Origin: a virus
Strand: one strand, 5' to 3'
Virus record (IMG/VR): IMGVR_UViG_3300020152_000019
Length of the DNA stretch: 25,485 bases
Positions 15,347 through 24,011 of the stretch are shown here, piece by piece. The notes under the pieces are model-generated. The model was not told where the DNA came from and did not search any database. It was given only the letters and a program-made list of their open reading frames with translations. The position numbers were made by a program, and so were the translations under genes. The stretch's first letter is position 1. The number at the start of each line of letters is the position of its first letter.

Positions 15347-15565
15347 ATGTCCATTAGTGTTTGGTCTGAAGAAGATCGTATTATGGCTGAAGAAGCGATT
15401 GAAGATCGACTCCAATGCCTTCGCAGTGATCATCCTTCTTCTGTCCATCATCGTAACAATTGGAGAAAAACCATCGTCAACGAGATGAATTTTCTCAAGC
15501 AAGCTTTCCCCGATAGCTACATTCTTAAACAAGATATTTCTGACGTGTCGTTGGCGTTGGAATAA
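15347..15565 (+). CDS. hypothetical protein
   Basis: 72 aa, GAGGAG RBS after the promoter. Confidence 0.8.
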   Translation: MSISVWSEEDRIMAEEAIEDRLQCLRSDHPSSVHHRNNWRKTIVNEMNFLKQAFPDSYILKQDISDVSLALE

Positions 15566-15575
15566 AGGAGAATAA

Positions 15576-15827
15576 ATGTTCACCAATCAATACAAAATAA
15601 GGGGTTTTCATATCCTCTCTGATGCTCAAAATGGTTGCCGTCCGATTGACGGTATCTGTCAGTTTGAATACAAAGGTCATTTGGTAAGTATCTCTACCGC
15701 TGGTCTTAGTAAAGGTGCTTGCCAAACTGAAGTTGGTGTCTACGACGGTGTGAAACGTGACAATGAAGTAGGTCGCTTTCATACGGTGCAAGAAGCTCTC
15801 GACCACATCAACGGTTTGAATAAATAA
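15576..15827 (+). CDS. hypothetical protein
   Basis: 83 aa, AAGGAG RBS. Confidence 0.8.
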   Translation: MFTNQYKIRGFHILSDAQNGCRPIDGICQFEYKGHLVSISTAGLSKGACQTEVGVYDGVKRDNEVGRFHTVQEALDHINGLNK

Positions 15828-15880
15828 AATAGCTTATCGAGAAATCGATATTCATTAATAGAATTTAAGGATAACAGATT

Positions 15881-16276
15881 ATGTCTACATTTACTAAAGA
15901 GCAATTTCTCGAAGGTTCTCCGATGGCGAAGATGCTTCGTCGCCAAGGACGAGATGTTAAACTCATCCTTACTACGGCTGAACAAAACGTATTGGCGGCA
16001 CAAGGTCGTAATTTCCAAGTGATCAGTAACGGCAAGGTGTTCTGGTTCACTGACGACTACTGCATGGGTGTGGGTACTCTCCCGAAGCAGTTCGTTCCTT
16101 CCAGTACTGTTTGCCCCTGCCGTGTGACTCCGCGTGCTAGTCTTCCTGATGGCGTGATTATCACCGCAGAAGACTATATCAAGATCTTCTGTGAAGGGGA
16201 AACTCAGATTAATTCCCTGGACGAACTCGTGGAATATCTGAACACTTGTCATGCTGAAGCAGAAGCTACACGTTGA
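15881..16276 (+). CDS. hypothetical protein
   Basis: 131 aa, AAGGA RBS. Confidence 0.8.
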   Translation: MSTFTKEQFLEGSPMAKMLRRQGRDVKLILTTAEQNVLAAQGRNFQVISNGKVFWFTDDYCMGVGTLPKQFVPSSTVCPCRVTPRASLPDGVIITAEDYIKIFCEGETQINSLDELVEYLNTCHAEAEATR

Positions 16277-16292
16277 AGTAGAAGCGTGAACT

Positions 16293-16326
16293 AAAAAAGA
16301 GAGAAGCTATATTCTCTCTTTTTTTC
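16293..16326. terminator. weak, possibly bidirectional terminator
   Basis: AAAAAAGAGAGAA-GCTATA-TTCTCTCTTTTTTT. Confidence 0.7.
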
Positions 16327-16399
16327 TTTTTTATAAGAAGCTTAATTTTTTGCAGAAGTAAAGTTAGAAGTAGTAGTTTTAAATATAAAAGGAAAACCT

Positions 16400-18931
16400 A
16401 TGTCACAAGAACTTAATCTAGAGCCGCAGGAAATTAGTGTTGACGTACTTATTGAAAAGTACGCTAAGGGTGATGAGAAGTCTATTCCTGAGGTTCAACG
16501 ACGCATAGCTCGTGGACTAGCGTCTATTGAGAAAGATCCTGCTTATTGGGAAGAGCAATTCTTTAAAAATCAAATTAACGGTTTTGTTGCTGCTGGTCGT
16601 ATTGCTTCTGCAACTGGCATGAAACTTTTAGCTACACTTATTAACTGTTTCGTTCAACCCGTTGGTGATTGCATCGAAGGTGTTGACGACGAAGGTTATC
16701 CGTCTATTTATACCGCATTAGCGGAAGCAGCTTCTACGATGCGTCGCGGTGGTGGTGTGGGTTATGACTTTAGCCGTATTCGTCCTGCTGGTGCTCTAGT
16801 TAAAGGTACGCAATCCCGTGCTTCTGGTCCTCTGTCTTACATGCGTGTGTTTGATCGCTCTTGTGAGACGGTAGAATCTGCTGGTGCTCGTCGCGGCGCA
16901 CAAATGGGTGTTCTGCGTTGTGACCATCCTGATATTTTTGCATTCGTTATTGCTAAGCAGACTAAGGGTCAGTTTAACAATTTCAATCTGTCAGTAGGCG
17001 TTACTAACAAGTTCATGAAAGCTGTTCGTGATAACGGCATGTGGGAACTTGTTCATAAGGTAGCTCCTAACGCTGAATATATTGCTGAGAACAATAGCTT
17101 CTTTGATGATGTTCGTGGTTTGTGGGTATGGAAAGTTATTCCTGCTGCTGAACTGTGGGAATTGATTATGCAGTCGACGTATAATCAAGCAGAGCCAGGT
17201 ATTCTGTTCCTCGATCAGATGAACGAAGAGAATAATCTCTGGTACTGCGAACAGATCGAAGCTACTAATCCTTGCGGTGAACAACCGTTGCCAAAATACG
17301 CTTGCTGTGATCTGGGTTCCACTAATCTGACTAAGTTTGTTCAGAATCCGTTTACACCGAATGCTTGGTTTGATTGGGGAGCGTTTGAACGTGTAGTGAA
17401 GCTTTCCGTTCGTATGCTGGATAACGTTCTTGATGTGACTGCATGGCCTCTGCCGCAACAACAACAAGAAGCTATGAACAAACGTCGTATTGGTCTGGGC
17501 TTCCTTGGTATTGGTGATGCGATCATCATGCTCGGTATGTACTACAACGGACCGGATGGTGTAGAGTTTGCACGACAAGTAGCGGAACGTATGCGTAACG
17601 CTGCTTACAACGCTTCGGTTGATTTGGCTATCGAAAAGGGTCCATTCCCGCTGTTCGATGCTGAAAAGTATCTGAAGGGCGCATTCGTTTCTCGTCTGCC
17701 TGAAGAAATTCGTGAACGTATTCGTCAGCATGGTATTCGTAATTCGCATCTGACTTCGATCGCACCGACTGGTACTATTACTCTGGCGTTTGCAGACAAT
17801 GCTTCTAACGGTATTGAACCTCCGTTCTCTTGGGTATATGACCGTAAGAAGCGTATGCCTGACGGTGAATGGAAAACGTTTGAAGTAGCTGATCACGCAT
17901 GGCGTGTATATCGTGCTATGGGTCATGACATGACTAAACTGCCTGACAACTTTGTCACAGCTTTGGAGATGGGTGTCAATGATCATGTCAACGTAATGAA
18001 AGCGGTGCAACCGTATGTAGATACTGCTATCTCTAAGACTGTTAATATTCCTGCTGATTATCCGTATGAAGACTTTAAAAATCTTTATATGTATGCCTGG
18101 GAATCTGGTCTGAAAGGTCTTGCTACTTATCGTCCGAACGATACTCTTGGTTCTGTTCTTTCTGTGAAGGAAGAAGAAAAGAAAGAAGAGACGAAAGAAG
18201 AAGTAATTGATCAGCCGGTTATTACTGAAGTTAGTAAAGATCCTGATGCTTCTATCGAAGAGATCGTTAAGTCGATGTATAAGCTGCCGTTTAGTTCTCG
18301 TACTGACGGTACGTTAGAAGGATTTACCACTAAAGCTCGTTTCTTTACGGCTGAAGGTGAACAAAAAGTCCTGTTAACTATTAATTTTGTAAAGATTGTC
18401 CGTGAAACTCCACATGGTGTTATTTCTATTAAGAGACCAGTGGAAATTCTATTGCAATCTAACTTTAAAGTAAGTAGTTCGTCATGGGCTGCCGCTACTC
18501 GTTCTATGAGTGTTGGCTTGCGTTATGGCGTCCCTATTAATAAGATTATCGAAAACCTGCAAGAAATTACCTGGGAACATGGTAATGTAGGTTACGGTAC
18601 TATGATTAAAGATGGTAAACCTTTTACTAAGTGGCATCCGTCTGACGCTGCTGTAATTGGTTATATCATTGAAGAAGAACTTAAGAAGATTGGCTATCTA
18701 AATTCAGAAGGTAAGATAGCTGAACAATATACGATTGAGGGTAATAGTCTGTCTGCGACTGCTTCTACTTTGGATACTGATGTTAAAGTTGAAGTGGTTG
18801 AAGAAGGTAATACTACTCCACAAACGACTAAAACCGGTAAGCGCTGCCCGGAATGTGGCGATAATACAGTCATTAAGAAAGACGGCTGTTCATTCTGCAC
18901 GGCTTGCGGTTATGTAGGTACTTGTGGTTAA
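16400..18931 (+). CDS. nrdJ: class II (adenosylcobalamin-dependent) ribonucleoside-diphosphate reductase
   Basis: TLINCFV, RRGGGVGYDFS, GARRGAQMG, EATNPCGEQPL (thiyl Cys), CCDLGS, RRIGLG, SIAPTGTI, AISKTVN, GLKGLATYR; C-terminal TSCPD-like domain and zinc ribbon CPECG...DGCSFCTACG; no nrdB nearby. Confidence 0.93.
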   Translation: MSQELNLEPQEISVDVLIEKYAKGDEKSIPEVQRRIARGLASIEKDPAYWEEQFFKNQINGFVAAGRIASATGMKLLATLINCFVQPVGDCIEGVDDEGYPSIYTALAEAASTMRRGGGVGYDFSRIRPAGALVKGTQSRASGPLSYMRVFDRSCETVESAGARRGAQMGVLRCDHPDIFAFVIAKQTKGQFNNFNLSVGVTNKFMKAVRDNGMWELVHKVAPNAEYIAENNSFFDDVRGLWVWKVIPAAELWELIMQSTYNQAEPGILFLDQMNEENNLWYCEQIEATNPCGEQPLPKYACCDLGSTNLTKFVQNPFTPNAWFDWGAFERVVKLSVRMLDNVLDVTAWPLPQQQQEAMNKRRIGLGFLGIGDAIIMLGMYYNGPDGVEFARQVAERMRNAAYNASVDLAIEKGPFPLFDAEKYLKGAFVSRLPEEIRERIRQHGIRNSHLTSIAPTGTITLAFADNASNGIEPPFSWVYDRKKRMPDGEWKTFEVADHAWRVYRAMGHDMTKLPDNFVTALEMGVNDHVNVMKAVQPYVDTAISKTVNIPADYPYEDFKNLYMYAWESGLKGLATYRPNDTLGSVLSVKEEEKKEETKEEVIDQPVITEVSKDPDASIEEIVKSMYKLPFSSRTDGTLEGFTTKARFFTAEGEQKVLLTINFVKIVRETPHGVISIKRPVEILLQSNFKVSSSSWAAATRSMSVGLRYGVPINKIIENLQEITWEHGNVGYGTMIKDGKPFTKWHPSDAAVIGYIIEEELKKIGYLNSEGKIAEQYTIEGNSLSATASTLDTDVKVEVVEEGNTTPQTTKTGKRCPECGDNTVIKKDGCSFCTACGYVGTCG

Positions 18932-18946
18932 CTATTGGTAAAGTAA

Positions 18947-18990
18947 AGACTACCTCCTGTAATAAGGAGGTAGTCTCTTGTTTTATATTT
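18947..18990 (+). terminator. intrinsic terminator
   Basis: AGACTACCTCCT-GTAATA-AGGAGGTAGTCT followed by CTTGTTTT. Confidence 0.8.
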
Positions 18991-19056
18991 CCTGTTAGCA
19001 ACTATAATAAGCGGTACCAAGGGAGAAATCATTAACTTTATTTACATGAGGAAAAC

Positions 19057-19389
19057 ATGAAATTTAGATATGAAATAACTGCCTTTATTCGTATGGTCGA
19101 TAAAATGACCAATGAACCTCTTCTTCAATACGAACAGATTAGAACTTTATATGATTCACCGAAAGAACTAAATCCAAACGACCCTCATGATTTTGTTCTA
19201 GCTAAACGCATTATCAAGTGTTGTTATGAATGTATGTTAATGAAAGAAGATCGTTTACCAGATTTAGGAACCTGTGAGACTAATAGAGATGTAATGAATC
19301 TTACCATTAACTTTGTGAAACAAGTAGGAAGAGGAAAAGATCATCCTCTTAACGGCGTTAAACCAGAAGTTGTTATCCATACCCATTAA
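19057..19389 (+). CDS. hypothetical protein
   Basis: 110 aa, GAGG RBS. Confidence 0.75.
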   Translation: MKFRYEITAFIRMVDKMTNEPLLQYEQIRTLYDSPKELNPNDPHDFVLAKRIIKCCYECMLMKEDRLPDLGTCETNRDVMNLTINFVKQVGRGKDHPLNGVKPEVVIHTH

Positions 19390-19407
19390 CAGATAAAAAA
19401 GATAGGT

Positions 19408-19439
19408 GGAAGGATACACGAGTTAACGTGTATCCTTCC
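19408..19439. terminator. strong hairpin, possibly a bidirectional terminator
   Basis: GGAAGGATACACG-AGTTAA-CGTGTATCCTTCC (13 bp), with an A tract on the left and TAGTTTT on the right. Confidence 0.75.
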
Positions 19440-19445
19440 TAGTTT

Positions 19446-19563
19446 TGATAGTTTGTTACACGGAGATCCCAATTAGTTAAAGCTTAATAGGCTTGTCGGA
19501 CATATGCCGAAACACGAAAGGAGTTGATGTTATAAACATCTCTTTCCGTTGAACTTACTATCA
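19446..19563. ncRNA. candidate structured non-coding RNA (multibranch fold)
   Basis: Closing stems TGATAGT/ACTATCA and ACGGAGA/TTTCCGT enclose three short hairpins; no convincing ORF. Confidence 0.35.
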
Positions 19564-19580
19564 CAGCATTAATGTTACCT

Positions 19581-19617
19581 AGAAATAATTATAATTACAT
19601 ATATACTATGTGATCTT
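19581..19617 (+). promoter_or_regulatory. phage promoter motif, copy 6
   Basis: AGAAATAATTATAAT-TACATATATA-CTATGTGATCTT. Confidence 0.8.
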
Positions 19618-19636
19618 CACTGATAAGGAGTTCATT

Positions 19637-19888
19637 ATGAATAATTCCGAACAAAGAATCAAGCAACTTGAAACCAAAGTAAAATTCCTTGAACAATTAT
19701 TGGCTCATTTTAAAAGTGAGTCCGATGTAGAATTTTATACTCACGCTGGCGATTGGGAAATTATTTCTCCTATTCGCGGCAGTTATCTAGTTAAGCAAAC
19801 GAAAGATAAAGAGTACATTTCACTAGGAACAATGCAAGAAGTATTAACTTTTATCGAAGGTGTGGATAGCACCAAACGAACTTATTAA
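19637..19888 (+). CDS. hypothetical protein
   Basis: Start moved to ATG 19637 after AAGGAG; short N-terminal coiled coil. Confidence 0.8.
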   Translation: MNNSEQRIKQLETKVKFLEQLLAHFKSESDVEFYTHAGDWEIISPIRGSYLVKQTKDKEYISLGTMQEVLTFIEGVDSTKRTY

Positions 19889-19906
19889 CGAAGGGCTTTA
19901 GAAATT

Positions 19907-20341
19907 ATGACGTTTCCAAATTTAGCAGGTGATCACGACACCACTGATGATATTCTCACCGCGGAATTAAACGCAGCCGGTATTCCTACGTTAGAACAAA
20001 CGGAAGGACCGTTATCAGATATCGTTCGTAAATTCATACGTGACCAATCCGGCGAAGTTAAAACTTCCGTCATCGGTTATTTACATGGTTGGGAATTTAA
20101 ACGAGCTTGGTATTACTGGGTAGCTAAAGGACCTGGTATCGAAATCACTGATGCAGAAGAACTGCAAAAGAAATTCGGTACTGTGGTAAGAGCTAACGGT
20201 GACGCTGGTTGCCGTGGTCCACGTTTCTGGTTTAAAGGACTAGCGTGCGGTATGTATCACGTAGACACGCCAGAAGGCTTAAAAGCGCTTGCAGACACGA
20301 TTAAACACATAGTTGAACGTTGCGCTGTGATCGAAAAATAA
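19907..20341 (+). CDS. hypothetical phage protein
   Basis: 144 aa; distinctive GWEFKRAWYYW and YHVDTPEGL segments, function unknown. Confidence 0.8.
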   Translation: MTFPNLAGDHDTTDDILTAELNAAGIPTLEQTEGPLSDIVRKFIRDQSGEVKTSVIGYLHGWEFKRAWYYWVAKGPGIEITDAEELQKKFGTVVRANGDAGCRGPRFWFKGLACGMYHVDTPEGLKALADTIKHIVERCAVIEK

Positions 20342-20353
20342 ATAGGAGTTTAT

Positions 20354-20869
20354 ATGGTTTACAGAGCTACTTTACTTACTCGACAACTTCTTGGTGCAGA
20401 AAAAGTCTATCAAAACGTCTTTGTCTTTAATTTAGACGTGATTAAAAATCTTGGCTATCATGATCCTGAGGATTACGTTTCCATCGTTATCCATAGAGAA
20501 ATGCATGATATCAAAGATAAGTTTCCTGAACTTAATAACGCAAAATTCGCTATTGAAGAAATAGATCCGGATAACGTTATTATACTTTATTCACCAACGA
20601 TCATTCCAGATAAGACACATATGAATCATAAGACTATTATCGTTCATAGACAACTTCCTACGCATGAGAAAGTTGTTCACAAAGTCTTCGTCTACGATGA
20701 AGATGAACTCAAACAAGCAGGTTATGACGCACCTAGTGGTTATATTCAGAGCATCATTGACAACGATATTAAAGAGTTCAAAGAAAAGTTTGTTGAGTTT
20801 AAACGAGCTGAATTTACGACCCAACTCCTCGAAGCCAATGAGGTTGTGGTAGTTACTAATAAACTTTAA
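20354..20869 (+). CDS. hypothetical protein with two tandem copies of a ~75-aa domain
   Basis: RQL...EKV...VFV......K..GY..P..Y....I......K.KF.E...A.F occurs twice. Confidence 0.8.
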   Translation: MVYRATLLTRQLLGAEKVYQNVFVFNLDVIKNLGYHDPEDYVSIVIHREMHDIKDKFPELNNAKFAIEEIDPDNVIILYSPTIIPDKTHMNHKTIIVHRQLPTHEKVVHKVFVYDEDELKQAGYDAPSGYIQSIIDNDIKEFKEKFVEFKRAEFTTQLLEANEVVVVTNKL

Positions 20870-20905
20870 AGGTAACTGACTGATTATTAAAAATAAAGGA
20901 TAGGT

Positions 20906-21145
20906 ATGACTAATAAAGTTATTGTAGTTACGAGAAAATTACCGTGGGCAGAGAAAGTTATTCATAAAGTCGTGGTCTTTAATGAAGACGAGATTAGAAA
21001 AAAGGGTTATGACGTACCTGAGGAGCCTGTCTATTCTTGCATCTATAAAGACATTGATGAGTTCAAAAGAAAGTTTATTGAATTCAATAGCGCGCAATTC
21101 GAGATTAAAGAAATAAATCCGGACAGCGTTATGTGTATTTCTTAA
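20906..21145 (+). CDS. hypothetical protein, single-domain paralogue of 20354..20869
   Basis: RKLPWAEKVIHKVVVFNEDEIRKKGYDVPEE...DIDEFKRKFIEFNSAQFEIKEINPD. Confidence 0.8.
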   Translation: MTNKVIVVTRKLPWAEKVIHKVVVFNEDEIRKKGYDVPEEPVYSCIYKDIDEFKRKFIEFNSAQFEIKEINPDSVMCIS

Positions 21146-21150
21146 CAACC

Positions 21151-21190
21151 AGCTACAGAGGGTCACTCCTCTGTAGCTTTTTTCTTTTTT
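21151..21190 (+). terminator. intrinsic terminator
   Basis: AGCTACAGAGG-GTCACT-CCTCTGTAGCT followed by TTTTTCTTTTTT. Confidence 0.88.
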
Positions 21191-21233
21191 ATTTCTTTTC
21201 TTCATGGTTTGATTAGAACATTGAGGGAAAGTC

Positions 21234-22649
21234 ATGCCTTCGTTAACTACCGATACGAGTCAGTTATACCCGGATATAGCGGACATAGTAAAAGCATATG
21301 AAGAAAAATATAACGCCGTATTTACCGTAGAAGCTAAACTCCATACTGTCGATAAAGATCTTGATAGTACCGATGGAGTGATTCTAAATGGTATCACTAT
21401 TATCAGAGACTATGTTGAAAACATTTCTGATTATATTGAAATTCAACTATCGATGCATCTTGGTACTTACATCTATGATGTTTATAAATATTTAGATAAC
21501 ATAGAAGTAACTTTAATTACACATAAACAGCGTTACAAAGATAAGAAACCGTTTACCACCAAGGAAAGGTATAAAGCGGTTTATCTGTTAGATAAGAATG
21601 CCAAGATTCCGACAACGGTTAATCAAAGCAAAGAAGACTTAAATCAAAATCTTCCTATTGTTATTACGTTACAATTGTTAGATCGGAGTGTTGAGACTCT
21701 TCGTGTAAAGACGACTCAAGGCAATTTCGATAAGAAGTTAAATCCGAAGAACAAGGATATGTCGCCGAAAGCTTTTCTGAAAAGCATCATTTCAGAAGAG
21801 AGTAATAAAATTCTTATTGAGAACAAACCGCCGTTAGATAATATCTCAATAGAAGAACCTGACCAACAAGATCAATTAAAAGCTATCACGATTCCATCCT
21901 TTACTCGTATCATAGAACTACCTGAGTATTTACAAAATAAGAACATCGGGATCTATAATGCTGGCGTTGGAAATTATATCCAAAACTTTGGTATCGACCA
22001 TTACACGTATAAGAAGACGTTCTTTATCTATTCGCTATACGATGAAAAGAAATACGATAAAGCCGAATACAAGATTATTTTCTATAATCCTGCTTCTTCG
22101 AGTATCTCGTTAACGGATATCACGTATAAGTATGAGGATAAGATTCTTAAAATTATTCCTTATACGATGAGTAAGATCGATGATAGTAAAGAGACGGGCG
22201 CGATGTCTAAAGGCTCTGGCTTTAGAATGTCGAATGCTAACAGCTATATGAAAAAACCTGTCGAAATGACAGAGAAGGGTCCAGTCTTTAAGAAAGATAG
22301 TTTAACGACTGAGATCACGTATAAAGATCGTAAAGACAATCTAAACTTTGCTCCTAATCGTTCGGTGGGTAGTAATCAATTTAGTTTGACTTCTGAAATA
22401 TTAAAAGAGAGCGGTGCATATATCACATTAGAAGTAAGTAATCTTGATCATGATTTCATCTATCCTGGTGCTAGCTGCAAGATCATGTACGAAGACACTG
22501 AAAATAAAGTTAAAGAGATTTACGGCGTGATCCATAAAGCTTTGATTAGTTATAAGTCTTCGTCTATCAATATGCCGTTGAATTACAACAGCAAATTGAC
22601 AGCTTTAACATCACATATCAGTTTACAAATATTCTGTCATACGGAGTAG
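21234..22649 (+). CDS. conserved jumbo-phage protein, possibly virion structural
   Basis: 471 aa, GAGGG RBS; resemblance to phiKZ-like virion proteins (EYLQ...GIYNAGVG.Y) is recalled, not verified. Confidence 0.6.
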   Translation: MPSLTTDTSQLYPDIADIVKAYEEKYNAVFTVEAKLHTVDKDLDSTDGVILNGITIIRDYVENISDYIEIQLSMHLGTYIYDVYKYLDNIEVTLITHKQRYKDKKPFTTKERYKAVYLLDKNAKIPTTVNQSKEDLNQNLPIVITLQLLDRSVETLRVKTTQGNFDKKLNPKNKDMSPKAFLKSIISEESNKILIENKPPLDNISIEEPDQQDQLKAITIPSFTRIIELPEYLQNKNIGIYNAGVGNYIQNFGIDHYTYKKTFFIYSLYDEKKYDKAEYKIIFYNPASSSISLTDITYKYEDKILKIIPYTMSKIDDSKETGAMSKGSGFRMSNANSYMKKPVEMTEKGPVFKKDSLTTEITYKDRKDNLNFAPNRSVGSNQFSLTSEILKESGAYITLEVSNLDHDFIYPGASCKIMYEDTENKVKEIYGVIHKALISYKSSSINMPLNYNSKLTALTSHISLQIFCHTE

Positions 22650-22651
22650 TT

Positions 22652-23089
22652 ATGTTTAAATTCCTAAAGAAGTGGTTCACGAAAGAAAAACCCATTAAAA
22701 AGTTTAGTACTACTCTTACTACTGCCACGGAAGGTAGTAATAATAAAAAAGATATCTCTCCAGAAGTTGCTGCAATCGTTAAGAAACTAAAAAAGAATAG
22801 CAATGAGAATATCAGTAATGAAGAACTGAATACGATCATTAGCCATTTCTTTAATCTCAAACCAGTCGAACCTGGTGTGTATAATATCAATAAGTTATTT
22901 ACTGAAGGTATGTGTTTCGATATAAGTCGAGTGCATACTGTGTATAACAAAGAAGGAGATATTGAAAATATCTTCATTAACCTTCGTGAAATTACTTTCA
23001 GTAACGATATTGTCGTGACTGTGTCTATTAAAGACTTTCATGAAACCTTTAACCGTCTTGATCTTCAACCCGTAGTTTCTAAGGAATGA
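22652..23089 (+). CDS. hypothetical protein
   Basis: 145 aa, GGAG RBS, amphipathic basic N-terminus MFKFLKKWF. Confidence 0.75.
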   Translation: MFKFLKKWFTKEKPIKKFSTTLTTATEGSNNKKDISPEVAAIVKKLKKNSNENISNEELNTIISHFFNLKPVEPGVYNINKLFTEGMCFDISRVHTVYNKEGDIENIFINLREITFSNDIVVTVSIKDFHETFNRLDLQPVVSKE

Positions 23090-23523
23090 TTATGTTAACT
23101 AAAGCTGCATTAAAAGACATTATTGTAGAAAATTTTAATGACATCCGGATGACCAGCATTGTATTGTTTGTCAATGCTTTAATTGAACGGAAAGCGCACG
23201 GTGGTGGAGTTAACCAGTACCGTTTAAAGAACAAACTCACCGGAACATATATTACTAGCGTAGAACAGTTCTTAACCGCTATCGATGCTAATTCCCTGAA
23301 AATGGATTACTATCGTTATAGCGATAAAATGACGGGGGATCGTGTACATCCAATCTCGGTCGTGCTCGACAATATTGAAGTAGAATTACAAAAGTTTGCC
23401 GATGAAGATGCTTACTATTTCGCGCAGTATGGTGAGTCTACTCGTCTTATGATGTTGATTAATTACGTGTCGGATGGTGATACTGTTTTACCTCTGAAGG
23501 TGTTTGAAATCAAGCTGACGTAA
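23086..23523 (+). CDS. hypothetical protein
   Basis: 145 aa (start may be 23092), overlaps the upstream stop. Confidence 0.75.
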   Translation: MIMLTKAALKDIIVENFNDIRMTSIVLFVNALIERKAHGGGVNQYRLKNKLTGTYITSVEQFLTAIDANSLKMDYYRYSDKMTGDRVHPISVVLDNIEVELQKFADEDAYYFAQYGESTRLMMLINYVSDGDTVLPLKVFEIKLT

Positions 23524-23529
23524 TAAGAG

Positions 23530-23567
23530 AAGACTACTAGGAACTCCTAGTAGTCTTTTTCTTTTTT
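23530..23567 (+). terminator. intrinsic terminator
   Basis: AAGACTACTAGG-AACT-CCTAGTAGTCTT followed by a T tract. Confidence 0.88.
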
Positions 23568-23612
23568 ACATTACGAAAGCATTGTGTGACTTACTCTATA
23601 CGAGGAAAACGT

Positions 23613-23996
23613 ATGACAACCTTTACTATTAATAAGTACTATAATTTTTCAGTCTATGCTAACTCTATCTTAGGTACTTCTTATAAGAACGCTAAGTTAG
23701 TTTCTATTCTAGATTATAACGTTGCATTAAAGTTTGCGAACATCGAACTCTTGCAACGCCAAATTTATCCGTATCTACCTCCGAATACTCTTTCGGATCA
23801 TACTAAATATACCTATTATCTGTTTAAGTATAACGATAAAGATATCGTGTTAGCTGATGTCTGGATCGAACAAAATAGTATTGAAGAGACGCAAGGTCTC
23901 AATTATACCTTAAAATTAAACAATATTACCTCTCCTCAATTAGCGACCATCCGAGATCAGCTTAGACTTCTTGGCATCTCATTTGATATCGTTTGA
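23613..23996 (+). CDS. conserved hypothetical protein of phiKZ-like phages
   Basis: Start ATG 23613 after GAGG; F.VY..SILG..YKN.K..SILD...IYPYLP......D...Y.Y...WI...SI pattern recalled from phiKZ-like genomes. Confidence 0.65.
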   Translation: MTTFTINKYYNFSVYANSILGTSYKNAKLVSILDYNVALKFANIELLQRQIYPYLPPNTLSDHTKYTYYLFKYNDKDIVLADVWIEQNSIEETQGLNYTLKLNNITSPQLATIRDQLRLLGISFDIV

Positions 23997-24011
23997 ATTT
24001 AGGAGATTCTT

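Noticed and set aside
16991-18010. 339-aa minus-strand ORF
   Set aside because: Antisense shadow of nrdJ with no motif recognised.
16400-18931. Intein or intron in nrdJ
   Set aside because: The frame is continuous, the length is normal and no intein splice-junction motifs interrupt the core.
19446-19563. Hammerhead ribozyme or cobalamin riboswitch near nrdJ
   Set aside because: No CUGANGA core on either strand, no B12 box, and it lies downstream rather than upstream of nrdJ; kept only as an unassigned RNA candidate.
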